Below, piece by piece: positions 34,484-44,358 of a stretch of DNA of 64,000 nucleotides. Below the pieces are notes generated by a model that saw nothing but the letters and a program-made list of their open reading frames with translations, did no database searches and was not told the DNA's origin. The first letter of the stretch is position 1. Each line of letters opens with the position of its first letter. Both the position numbers and the translations under genes were made by a program. The stretch is from an uncultured Verrucomicrobiae bacterium (lineage in GTDB: Bacteria > Verrucomicrobiota > Verrucomicrobiia > Limisphaerales > JAFGQR01), in NCBI GenBank assembly GCA_963788655.1, contig CAWBHS010000004.1, positions 26,349 through 90,348 of the forward strand, read 5' to 3'.

Positions 34484-36381
34484 ATGAAGCGCCGGCTTCA
34501 ATTCGTTTTGGTCCTGCTGCTGGCGGCGTCCGCCTTTGGTTACGCTCCATTGGCGAAGCTGACTTTGCCGCACCTTCTGGAGGAACGGTCAGCCCGTCCC
34601 AGCCATCAGTTCAGCACCAATGCGAGCAGTATCTTTACCCTCACCAATGCGGCCGCCGACATGGCCCTCACTACCTACGATGGCAACGGCAACGTAACCC
34701 AACGCGTCTGGAAGGATCACACCAATGGAACTGTCCGCACGCAGACACTCACCTGGGATGCTTTTAACCGTTTGGCCGCAGTGACCGAACGCGACAACGA
34801 GAATCATGGCTACAACTGGCGGGTCGTCTTCGATGGCCTGGGCCGCCGGGTGCAGACGCTCGTGACGCTGGTCAGCAACAACACGCAAACGGCCACCGCC
34901 ACACTCAACCACTACTACGATCCGAGCGTGGAGTTCCTGGAGATCGGCGTTTCGGTTAACGGCGTCACGACCTGGAAACTGTACGGCCCCGATGGCGATG
35001 GCGGCTACGGCAGCCAGCAAGGTCTTGGTGGATTGGAAACGCTGAACACCGTCAGTCCGAACCAGAGCACCGGCGTCATTCAGGACCACTTCGGCAACGT
35101 GCTGGGGAGCGTTGCCGGCGGCTCGGTGAGCTTGGACTGCCGCTCGGCTCACCAGCTACGGTCCCGTCGAAGGAACCCAACTCCCGCGCTTTCGTTCACC
35201 CCGCTGACCGCCGAACACCTGGCCTGGCGCGGCAAATGGCGCGACGTGACCGGCGACTTCTACTGGGGTGCGCGTCCGTACGATGCGCGCCGGCGGGCCT
35301 TTATCGCCTTCGACACCGCGGGCCACGCGGCAACGCCCGATGGCTATTCAGCCTTCGGTGGCAATCCCGTGATGCTCTGGGACCCGGATGGGCGATTGGG
35401 CCAGAACCCGGCGTTTGGAGTGGGCACGAGTTATGGGCCGGGCATGGACATCTTTACCCAGAACGACATCTGGTGGAACAGTTTTCAGCAGCCCGCCACT
35501 GCCGCCAACGACGTATTCACACAAAACCAACAATGGATTGACAGCTACCATCAGCCCAACTGGCTGGCCGGCGGCGGGCGCTTGCTGGGCGGCAATTACG
35601 ACTGGATGGGAAACCCGGTGCCCGAGAGTAGCAGCGGCTACGGCGGCGCGAGTGATCCGTACGCCAACTGGAATGCCACGGTGGACTACAACAATCCGCG
35701 GGATGTCATGGGCGTCTTCCAGCAAGAAGCGTCGCGCACATCGCGCGGCTCCGGCTCGGAACTGAGCTGGTCCCAGCAGTGGCGTTATGACTCGACCCGC
35801 ACGTTTGACAACGCGCTGGCAACCACTGCCAACGTCCTCACCCTGGGCACCGCTAACTCCGCAAGCATCGCCTTTACCGGCAGCGACCTCTGGGGCAAGA
35901 GCGGCTACTCGACGGGCCAAAGGGTCACCGAGGGATTGTTTCTGACCAGCATGATCGCGCCGGTCGGCGGGCTAGGACTTAGGGCGGAAGAGGGATTTTT
36001 GGGGACTGCCGCAAAGCGGCTAGCAACCGGTGCAGACGGAGCGGTTTTCTGGTCGGGAATTGGAAGGGGCGGCGCTGAAAGAGCCGCCACATGGGCGGGA
36101 CAGAACGGAGGAATAACACTCGAATCGACCTTGGCGTACGGGGAATAGCGCTTCCCGCTTGGGATGCGAGCAATCCGGCCTCTGTTGCGGCTTGGCGACA
36201 AGCCTCGACGGATTTCGCTGCCGGCGCGGGAGGAAATGTCCGCGTGCTACAGGGTGATGCTTTGCGTGTTGATGCTATCTGGCGCGATGAGTTCAGAGCG
36301 CTGCAAGCAAATCGCAACGTCAATTCGATACGATCGATAAACCCAAATTCAGGAGCGGAGGTCTTTCTATGGTCGAGATAA
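34484..36381 (+). CDS. Orphan Rhs-CT cassette: signal peptide, Rhs core end, pre-toxin linker and ADP-ribosyl cyclase-like toxin tip (frameshifts near 35130-35180 and 36140)
   Basis: 34598-35390 resembles 32166-32960; WDPDGR; tip AVFWSG, TLESTL, WRQASTDFA, WRDEF. Confidence 0.8.
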
Positions 36382-36682
36382 ACAATCTCAGTTCCCGGCA
36401 GCTTGTTGAGGCAGTTCGGCTTTGGACCGGATGGGGGCAGAGACGCCCAACCGAAACAACAAACGAGTGGTGGATCGTTTCGGGGAGCAGGACGCCGTGA
36501 AGCTGCTTCCTCTAATAAAATCTTTAGAGGAGGACTTTTACGCATCTGATGCGCAGCTTGTTGCCGCCAATCTTCAGGAGATGGAAAAACTGGCCTCCGA
36601 GCATTTCAAGCGAAAGCATCCGACAGCGGCCGAGGAAATCGTCAAGGCGTTCGCGTGGTGCTACACGTTCGACTTCAAATAA
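36369..36682 (+). CDS. Putative immunity protein for the orphan toxin (one frameshift near 36440)
   Basis: ATG overlapping the toxin end reads MVEINNLSSRQLVEAVRLWTGWG and continues in another frame as PNRNNKRVVDRFG...AWCYTFDFK. Confidence 0.7.
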
Positions 36683-36688
36683 ATGAAC

Positions 36689-36787
36689 AAATGAACTTCA
36701 CACGCCAACCATAGCACCCGAGTTGCCAATGAATTTAAAACGCTGGAAAAGCTTCGCGGCTACGAACACTCCTCGACGCGGAGTCAA
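36689..36787 (+). repeat. Cassette-boundary element, copy B (5' ~100 nt only)
   Basis: aaatgaacttcacacgccaaccatagcacccgagttgccaatg ... gacgcggagtcaa, close to copy C. Confidence 0.85.
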
Positions 36788-36794
36788 TGATCCC

Positions 36795-37079
36795 GTGAAG
36801 CGTCGGCTTCAATGCGTTTTGCTCCTGCTGCTGGCGTTGCCAGCTTTTGGTTACATTACGTCACCGATCGTTCGGCCAGACAGCGCGTTGGACCTCGAGA
36901 TCGATGATACACTCAGGAATCTGCAAACCATCAACACGGGCTACGCGCTGCGCCGCGAAGCCCAGGAAGCTTATGCGGCCGACCAAGTGAACCGCGCGCT
37001 TTGGGATTACCAACTCAATCAGCAGATTGACCACATGTGGGACCAAACGCCACAACGCGCCTATGCGGGCGCCAAGTGA
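36795..37079 (+). CDS. Mini-cassette: signal peptide fused to a 200-bp copy of variable region 1 of the main Rhs
   Basis: VKRRLQCVLLLLLALPAFGY, then 36874-37073 equals 33006-33205 with one mismatch seen. Confidence 0.55.
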   Translation: MKRRLQCVLLLLLALPAFGYITSPIVRPDSALDLEIDDTLRNLQTINTGYALRREAQEAYAADQVNRALWDYQLNQQIDHMWDQTPQRAYAGAK

Positions 37080-37362
37080 ATAGGCAACCAATAGCAGGCT
37101 TGTGGCCAGCTTTTCGCCTGGTGGCACCGGCAGCAGCTTCTTGGAGTTCGCGGCCTTGCAACGTTGGCCGGTGCGCCATCTCATGTATTCATCCGAACGT
37201 TCCAACACACGGGCCACCCACATCCAGTGCTGGTCCTCGTCAACCTCGGGAACGCTTCGCTGATCACCGAAGGTTTCCTGCCAACCGAGTTCAAACGCGA
37301 CTGCTGCCGGCTCTGTGGAACCATCTTTTGATGCTCCGATAGCCATAATCAATCTAACCTAA

Positions 37363-37789
37363 ATGAAAATTAAAGCGATGAAGCTAACCGGATTCCTTCT
37401 GGCGCTGTGGGCCGGGCTGTTGACGCTTCCAGCACAACTGGTCGTCACGGTGTTACCACCCAAAATCACTGGCAGCAAAGCGGTGTACCGCTGGCGCTGA
37501 AGAACAACTTTGCGGAAAGCGTAACATCGGCCCGGGCCGGTTGTTCCTATTGGATGAGCATGGCAAGATGGTCGGCCAATCAACGCACTGGATCATTGGG
37601 AACGGGAAGTCCAAAGGGCTAGCGGCAGGCGGTACGAACGCCTTTTACTTTGTCATCACCAGCAACCGGCCCATTGCCACCACCAACCTGACCGCCAAAG
37701 TGTCCTTTACGCGCCTCGTGCTGGAGGACGGCAAGGTGGCCGATCCGGCAAAAGACATTTCCATCGTCAACACCAGCGCGGCCCGTTAA
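37363..37789 (+). CDS. Small secreted beta-rich protein, copy 1 (frameshifted)
   Basis: MKIKAMKLTGFLLALW...AQLVVTV; FLLDEHGKMVGQ...TNLTAKVSFTRLVLE; paralog of 40712-41125. Confidence 0.65.
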
Positions 37790-37801
37790 GCTGCTGTTCT
37801 T

Positions 37802-40449
37802 GTGCGCGGATTTCCGCTCAGCTTGGCTTGGTTGATCTGCTGCGAGGCCGCCGCGTTGGCATGGCCGCGAGCAGAACCGGTTCTCCCGTCTTGCAGCGCC
37901 ATTCAGCCGGACGGGCGCGTCCTGCAAAACGAATACGACCCGCAGCGGCGCGTCACCAATCAATGGGCCACCGTCGGGCCGGACCTCCGATTGGTGCGCA
38001 CCGCGACGTTCCTCTACACCAACAATTACGATCCGACCAACCTCACGCTGACCCTCACGGGGACCACGACCCTCCTGGATTACACCAACCGGGCGACGAC
38101 TTACTGCTACACCAACAGCCTCCTGCGGCGCGTGCGCGATCCGCTGAATTACGAAGCGCTCCAGGAATGGTACGAAGTGGGCGAAACCAATCCGCCCGCT
38201 TACCCGCGCAGCCTGAAGCAAGTCACCGACCGGCGGGGATTGGTGACCGAATATCAATACGATGAACGCGGCAACGTGACCAACCAGACCGTGCGCGGCG
38301 ACTTGCTGGGCGACGGCGATACCAACACCGTGGCCACCCAACGGGCGGTGTTCAACGCACAAAACCTGCCGCTGCGCATTGAAACCGCTCGCGGCACGAC
38401 CAACTGGTTTTACTACACGAACACCTGGCTGCTTAGCGGCGTGTCCCAATGGGGCCTCAATGCCACGGCGGCCGAGGCCATCACCAATGGGTACGAATAT
38501 TACAACGTGACCAACACGGTGAGCCTCGGCGGCACGGTGTTTACCAACGTGGCCTTGGGTTTGAAACATCGCGCCACTCGCGCTGAGGGCACCGCCGAGG
38601 CGGCCACCGACGAATGGTGGCACGATGGCCGCGGGTGGCCGACGCAACTTGTTCGTTACCCCGGCACCAGCGATTCGAATGTGGTGACCACCTACTTTTA
38701 CAGTGACCGGGGCGAGGTTCTGGCCCAAGCCGATGCCGCCGGGCGGAGCACCGAATTGGGCTACGACAACCTGGGGCGGCCCATCGCGCGCGAAGTGTTC
38801 GAGCCCGGAGCCACGGTGCCCCTGGCCTGGGATTACACCTATTACAACGAGAACGGCGAAGTGACCTGGACTGACGGGCCGCGTTACGATCCGGAGGACT
38901 ATGTCTGGCGCGATTACGATGGGGCGGGCCGGAAGACGGTGGAAATCCACTGGCGCACGCGGGCCAAGGCCGATGGCAGCGGCGTGGAGGCCGGCGCCGA
39001 TCCGCTCGCTCCCAACGCTGCCAACGAGCCAGGGGACGACGGGCTGTATGCCACGACCTATTGCGATTATGATCCCTTTGGCAACCTCGTCCGCGTCACC
39101 GATCCACGGGGCAATTATACGCTCAAGATTTATGATGGGCTGAACCGCCTGGTGCGGGAGGAAACGTATGCGGCCGACAACACGTTAATGGCGACCAACG
39201 GCCTGGTTTACAATGCGGCCGGCGACGTGACGGACGCGTGCAACGGGTTGGGCGCCGCCACCCACAAGCTCTACACCAGCCGGGGCCAAGTGAAATGGCA
39301 GGCCAACGCCGACGGCTCGACCAACGCCTGGACTTATTACGCCGATGGCCGATTGCGCCGGGAAATCCAGCGCAACGGCGCGTATTGGGAGACCACCTAC
39401 GACGATGCTGCCCGGACGGTGACGCGCGTGTTCTACACCGCCGGCGACTCGCCGCTCGCGACCAATACCGTCGAGTTCGACCGGCGGGGCAACGCGGTCC
39501 AGGGCACCGATGCCGGCGGTTACACCTGGACGGCCAGCTATGATGGTTTGGACCGGGTGAAAGTGGCGGCGGGACCGCTGGTGACCAACCTGGTGGCCAC
39601 CGGCATGGACCCGGAGGAATACACCACCAACCTCATCCAACAAAGCACCACCTACACCTACAGCGCGAGCGACCAGGTGCTGGCGGTGCAGAACGCCCTG
39701 GGTGAAACCACGGTGGCCACCAACGACGCGTTGGGCCGGGTGATTTGGAGCGGCACCTACGCTTCGAACAGCGCCACACCGTTGCGCGTGACCAGCACCC
39801 TCTATCGCCCGACCACCACAGCGCCACCGTGACCGCCGGTACGGCGACAACGCCGTCACCACCACGACGTTCACGGACACCGCGGGCAATCCGTTGTTGA
39901 CGATCAGTTGCCCCGACAGCGGGATCGCCGAATACACGCTGAGCCGCTACGACACGGCCGGAAACCGCGTCTGGCAAGGCCGTTACAGCAACACCAACGG
40001 CGCGGTCGACGCTCTGGCAGACCAACGCCTGGACTTACGACGGATTAAACCGCGTGCAGACTGAGACTATGCGGGACGGCGCGACCACCACCTTCGAGCG
40101 GGACGCGCTCGGCGACGTGACCAGCCGGGAAATGCCCAGCGGGCTGACGTGGTCGGCTACCTATACCAGTGACGGGCGTATCTTGACGGAGCACGATTCG
40201 GGCGGCACCAACACCGCGCGCAGCACGACTTACAGCTATTACGGAAGCGGTTCTCCGTGGTCGGGCAAACTCTACACCGTGACCGATGGACGGAGCGTTA
40301 CGCAGACTAACACCTACGATGACTGGTTGCGGGCGGCCAGCGTGACTACCAGCGGGAACGAAGACGAAGAGGAAATGACCGTCAATTGGTCCTACGACGC
40401 CCGGGAGGTTGACGAACCTGGTGAAATGAACTTCACACGCCAACCATAG
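37802..40449 (+). pseudogene. Orphan ~2.5-kb fragment of the Rhs YD core
   Basis: 37905-40423 closely matches 28834-31346 with scattered substitutions; no C-terminal toxin; ends at element copy C. Confidence 0.8.
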
Positions 40450-40672
40450 CACCCGAGTTGCCAATGCAGATTAAACGCTGGAACAGCTTCTCGGCTACGA
40501 ACACTCCTCGACGCGGAGTCAAGCTCGCCTACTTCAGACTGAACCGCCAAACGCCCTGCCCGCCTCGTGGCGCTGTCCCGGTTAACCAGGGGCGTGGTTT
40601 CGCGAGTTTCTTGCACCTCAGCACGCCCGGATCGCTTTCGGTCATGGCGGCGACTGCCCAGCTATGTCGGAG
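40423..40672 (+). repeat. Cassette-boundary element, copy C
   Basis: Full-length homolog of 34215-34469. Confidence 0.85.
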
Positions 40673-40711
40673 CACGGAATAAACTCATGGAGATAACTTG
40701 TCAGGGCTAAA

Positions 40712-41125
40712 ATGAGAACGACGATTTGGATACTAATGCTGCTCTTTGAAGCAGCCACTGCGAGCGCGCAATTGACCGTCACCATCTCGCCGGTGAAGCG
40801 AGCCGGCCAGAAGGCCGTGGTGCCGCTGGCGTTGTCCAATGGATTGCCCCAAAAGATTGAATCGGCCCGGGCCGTTTGTTTCCTGCTTGATGAGCACGGA
40901 AAGATGGTCGGCCAAGCCACGCGCTGGGTGATCGGGAACAGGAAGTCCAAAGGGCTCCCGGCGGGCGGCACGAACGCCTTCTTTTTCGTCGTCACGAGTG
41001 CCCGGCCCATTGCCACCACCAACCTGACCGCCAAAGTGTCCTTCACCCGCCTCGTGTTGGAAGGCGGCAAGCTGGCTGATCCGTCGAAAGACATTTCCAT
41101 CGTTAATCCTGGCCCGGCGCGGTAA
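40712..41125 (+). CDS. Small secreted beta-rich protein, copy 2 (intact)
   Basis: Signal peptide MRTTIWILMLLFEAATASA; paralog of 37363-37789. Confidence 0.75.
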   Translation: MRTTIWILMLLFEAATASAQLTVTISPVKRAGQKAVVPLALSNGLPQKIESARAVCFLLDEHGKMVGQATRWVIGNRKSKGLPAGGTNAFFFVVTSARPIATTNLTAKVSFTRLVLEGGKLADPSKDISIVNPGPAR

Positions 41126-41160
41126 ACCGGATTGGAACCGGCTCGCACTAACTTGAGCCA

Positions 41161-41295
41161 GCGTTTGGAGCGTCCGGCTTGCCGGCGCTTTCGGATGCGG
41201 GACGACTACTAAAATCTTGTCGAGCGCTACCTTCCCCGTTGCCGCCGGACCCAATGAAAGCGGGAGCAAGCTCCGCGCACTCCAGACGCTTCGCG
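41161..41295. repeat. Inverted REP-like pair (TGGAG(T/C)G...GCTTT family)
   Basis: gcgtttggagcgtccggcttgccggcgctttc / gaaagcgggagcaagctccgcgcactccagacgc; related copies at 53730 and 59652-59948. Confidence 0.65.
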
Positions 41296-41347
41296 AGGTG
41301 CAGAGGCCGATGGCAACGAATTGCGCTGCGTATTTCTTCGCCTGTAT

Positions 41348-42004
41348 TCAATCAAAATCCGTCGGCAAGTCCTTGTTCCCCGCATGCTCGAAGAAGCGCA
41401 CCAGTTGCTCGCGCTTGACGCGGGACTCGGACAATTCCGGAATTTCGTCCTGGTCGAAGAAGGCAATTTCGCTGGCTTCTAAATTTGGTCGGGGGGCGCC
41501 GCCGGCAATTTCACAAAGAAAGAACAGTTTATAAACGTGGTATGGAAACGGCGGTTGATGACGTTGCTTGTCCCGATCCCACACGGCCAGGAGTTTGACG
41601 ACGCGCACCACGTAACCGGACTCCTCCAATACCTCGCGCGCCACGGCCTCGCTCGGCGACTCGTTCACGTCGGCCCAACCACCCGGAAGCGTCCAGCGGC
41701 CCTGGTCCGCGGTTTCCCGGACCAATAATATCTTCGAATCCTTGAACACCACCCCGCGCACATCGACCTTGGGCGTGGCATAGCCAAATTCCACCACGTT
41801 CAATTGGAGGATTTCTGCTTCCGGCAGCGTGCTGTGGGTAGCAAGAATCGCCGCCGCAATCCGGCCAACTTGCTCATAGCGTTCCCGGTCGTAGGGCTCC
41901 TCGGTGAAATGGAGTCCGGTCTGGCTGATGGCTTGCAGGGAACGCGCCCATTCGAGCCATTGGGGTAGCGACGTTTTTGCGGGCGGGATCGAATCGCCGC
42001 TCAT
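41348..42004 (-). CDS. NUDIX hydrolase (YjhB-like ADP-ribose pyrophosphatase with N-terminal helical domain)
   Basis: GYATPKVDVR; Nudix box PGGWADVNESPSEAVAREVLEESG. Confidence 0.88.
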   Translation of the reverse strand: MSGDSIPPAKTSLPQWLEWARSLQAISQTGLHFTEEPYDRERYEQVGRIAAAILATHSTLPEAEILQLNVVEFGYATPKVDVRGVVFKDSKILLVRETADQGRWTLPGGWADVNESPSEAVAREVLEESGYVVRVVKLLAVWDRDKQRHQPPFPYHVYKLFFLCEIAGGAPRPNLEASEIAFFDQDEIPELSESRVKREQLVRFFEHAGNKDLPTDFD

Positions 42005-42564
42005 GGTCCATGGGGCTCGTCGGGATGCTCACTGCTCTCGGACTGCCGGTAAACCAAGCTTTCCTTCGGCTCGTCTTTGTTCGCTGGGGTATTCCCCGAT
42101 GGAATTTGCCGTTCCGGGCTTTCCCCCGATGGCAACGCTAACGACGGACGAAATACTTTGCGAATCAGCGGCAACAGACCTTTCTCGGTCTTCTTGATTG
42201 CTTCTTCCGCTTCCCGGACCACCCCTTCCCAGGCCGGGGCAAAACCGGGCGCCTTTTCATACATCAAATGCACTGCCCGATCATAGACCGCCAGCGTGTG
42301 CAGTTCCGCGCGGCCGGGTTTTTGATTCAATGTGGCGTTGGTGACGCGCAAATTCTCGTTTTGCTTGCGCAGTTCTTCGAGTTCATTTTTCAGTTCGGCG
42401 TGGCCACGAGCGGTGATGTCCATCTGGGTGTGTAGATGCTGTTTGAGAGTGCGGTTTTCCTTCACAATCGACCGGCGCTTCCACCAGGCGCCGATCCACA
42501 CGACCAACGCAATAAACAAACCAATCTCAAGACCAATGGCAAACGGCTGCTTTAAATATTCCAT
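42001..42564 (-). CDS. Hypothetical membrane-anchored coiled-coil protein
   Basis: N-terminal TM and coiled-coil segment; overlaps the NUDIX start. Confidence 0.7.
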   Translation of the reverse strand: MEYLKQPFAIGLEIGLFIALVVWIGAWWKRRSIVKENRTLKQHLHTQMDITARGHAELKNELEELRKQNENLRVTNATLNQKPGRAELHTLAVYDRAVHLMYEKAPGFAPAWEGVVREAEEAIKKTEKGLLPLIRKVFRPSLALPSGESPERQIPSGNTPANKDEPKESLVYRQSESSEHPDEPHGP

Positions 42565-42727
42565 ACATCAAGAATTCACAGTTCCACAATGGCCGGGAAC
42601 TCTTGCGGACCTCCCGGTCCCAACACAGTAGCCCAATCCCCCCGGACTGCACAACTTCCTTGCGCCAGAGAACTGCGCGTTGCCACGGGGTGCATCAGGT
42701 TGCCGGCGCGCCCGTCCGCCCGAAGTT

Positions 42728-44194
42728 TTACAGCAGCTTGAACTGCAGTTCTTCTTTCGCCAACGCCTCCCCCAGGCCCTCGACGCGCGCCCGTCGGCGT
42801 TCGATGATGTGCTTGTCCACATCGGGATCGTAGGGCACCGGATAATTGCCGTCGTAGCAGGCCATGCAAAACGTTCGGCGGGCAAACCGGTGGCCTTGAC
42901 CATGCCGTCCTGCGACAGGTAGTGCAGCGAATCGGCGTTCAGAGTACTGCCGAATTTCGTCCAGTGAATAGTTGGCCGCCATGAGTTTGCTGCGGTCGGG
43001 AAAATCAATGCCATAGACGCACGGATTCATGTGCGGCGGACAACTGACGCAGCACGTGAACTTCCTTCGCGCCGGCTTCCTTGAGGTTGTTCACGCGCGG
43101 CTTTGCAGGTGGTGCCGCGCACGATCGAATCGTCCACGATGATCACGCGTTTGCCCTTCACCAATTCGGGGATGAGGTTCAGTTTCACGCGGACATTGAA
43201 GTCGCGGATGAGTTGGGAGGGTTGGAGAAAACTGCGCCCGACGTAATGGTTGCGCACGAACGCCATTTCGAAGGGGATGCCGGATTCCTGGCGAATAACC
43301 CAGCGCCGCGCAATTGCCGCTGTCCGGCACCGGCACGACCAAGTCGGCGTCCACCGGATTTTCGCGGGCCAGTCTGGCGCCCCATTTCAACGCGCACCTT
43401 ATAAACATTGCGGTCGCCGATGTTGCTGTCCGGCCGGGCGAAATAGACGTATTCGAAAATGCAAAATGCCCGCCGGCGATGTTCGGGAAACGCCTGGATG
43501 CTTTTCAAGCCCTCCTCGTTGATGATGACGATTTCGCCCGGCTCGACGTCGCGGACGAATTTGGCGTGGATCAGGTCCAGCGCGCACGTTTCGCTGGCCA
43601 GCACCCAGGCGTCGTCCAAGCGGCCGATGCACAGCGGCCGAAAGCCGTGCGGATCGCGCACGCCGATGAGTTCCTTTTCGGTCATGATGACCAGCGAATA
43701 GGCGCCTTCAATGCGCCGGATGCTTTGGAGCAGATTGTTCTCCTGGCCGTGCCAGATTGGGCTGGGCCATCATGTGCAGGATGATCTCGCTGTCCACCGT
43801 CGTCTGGAAAATGGAGCCGCGGTTTTCCAATTCCTCGCGCAACTGGGCGGCGTTGGTCAGGTTGCCGTTGTGCGCGATGGCGATTTGCCCGCGGGCGCAG
43901 TCCACGGTGAGTGGCTGGGCATTGCGGACGTGCGAGGAACCGGTGGTCGAGTAGCGGGTATGGCCCACGGCCATCGGGCCGCCCAGTTCCTGGAGAATCG
44001 AGCTGTCGAACACCTGCGAAACCAAACCCATGCCGCGATGCACGCGGAATTGCTTGTCCTCGCAAGTCACGATGCCGGCGCTTTCCTGGCCGCGATGTTG
44101 GAGCGCGTAACAGACCGTAGTACGTCAACTCGGCGGCATTCGGATGACCGTAAATGCCGAAAATACCGCAGTAATGCTTGGGGTAATCTTGCAT
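42728..44194 (-). CDS. purF: Amidophosphoribosyltransferase (several frameshifts)
   Basis: [51 protein letters not shown]. Confidence 0.93.
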
Positions 44195-44358
44195 ACTTGA
44201 TGCGTTAACCGCGCCCGCGAATTCCACCGGGGTTTCAGGTTTCCCGCAAGCATCAAGTATTGCCGACGGCAAAACCGCGCTCGCGCACCCGATGGTCGTC
44301 AAAAGTTCGGCTGCACACTAGGCGGCGCAACCTAAGAAGTAAAGCCGAAGGCCACCAA

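Noticed and set aside
33006..37073. 200-bp repeat pair as a diversity-generating retroelement TR/VR
   Set aside because: Only one mismatch seen (G/T), not adenine-specific, and no reverse transcriptase in the window
37905..40423. Duplicate Rhs core as a pure assembly artefact
   Set aside because: The copies differ by many codon-level substitutions and have distinct flanks; strain co-assembly cannot be fully excluded without reads
34215..40672. Cassette element as a canonical integron attC site or CRISPR repeat
   Set aside because: About 250 nt long, imperfect RYYYAAC/GTTRRRY boxes, kb-scale irregular spacing, and no integrase or cas gene
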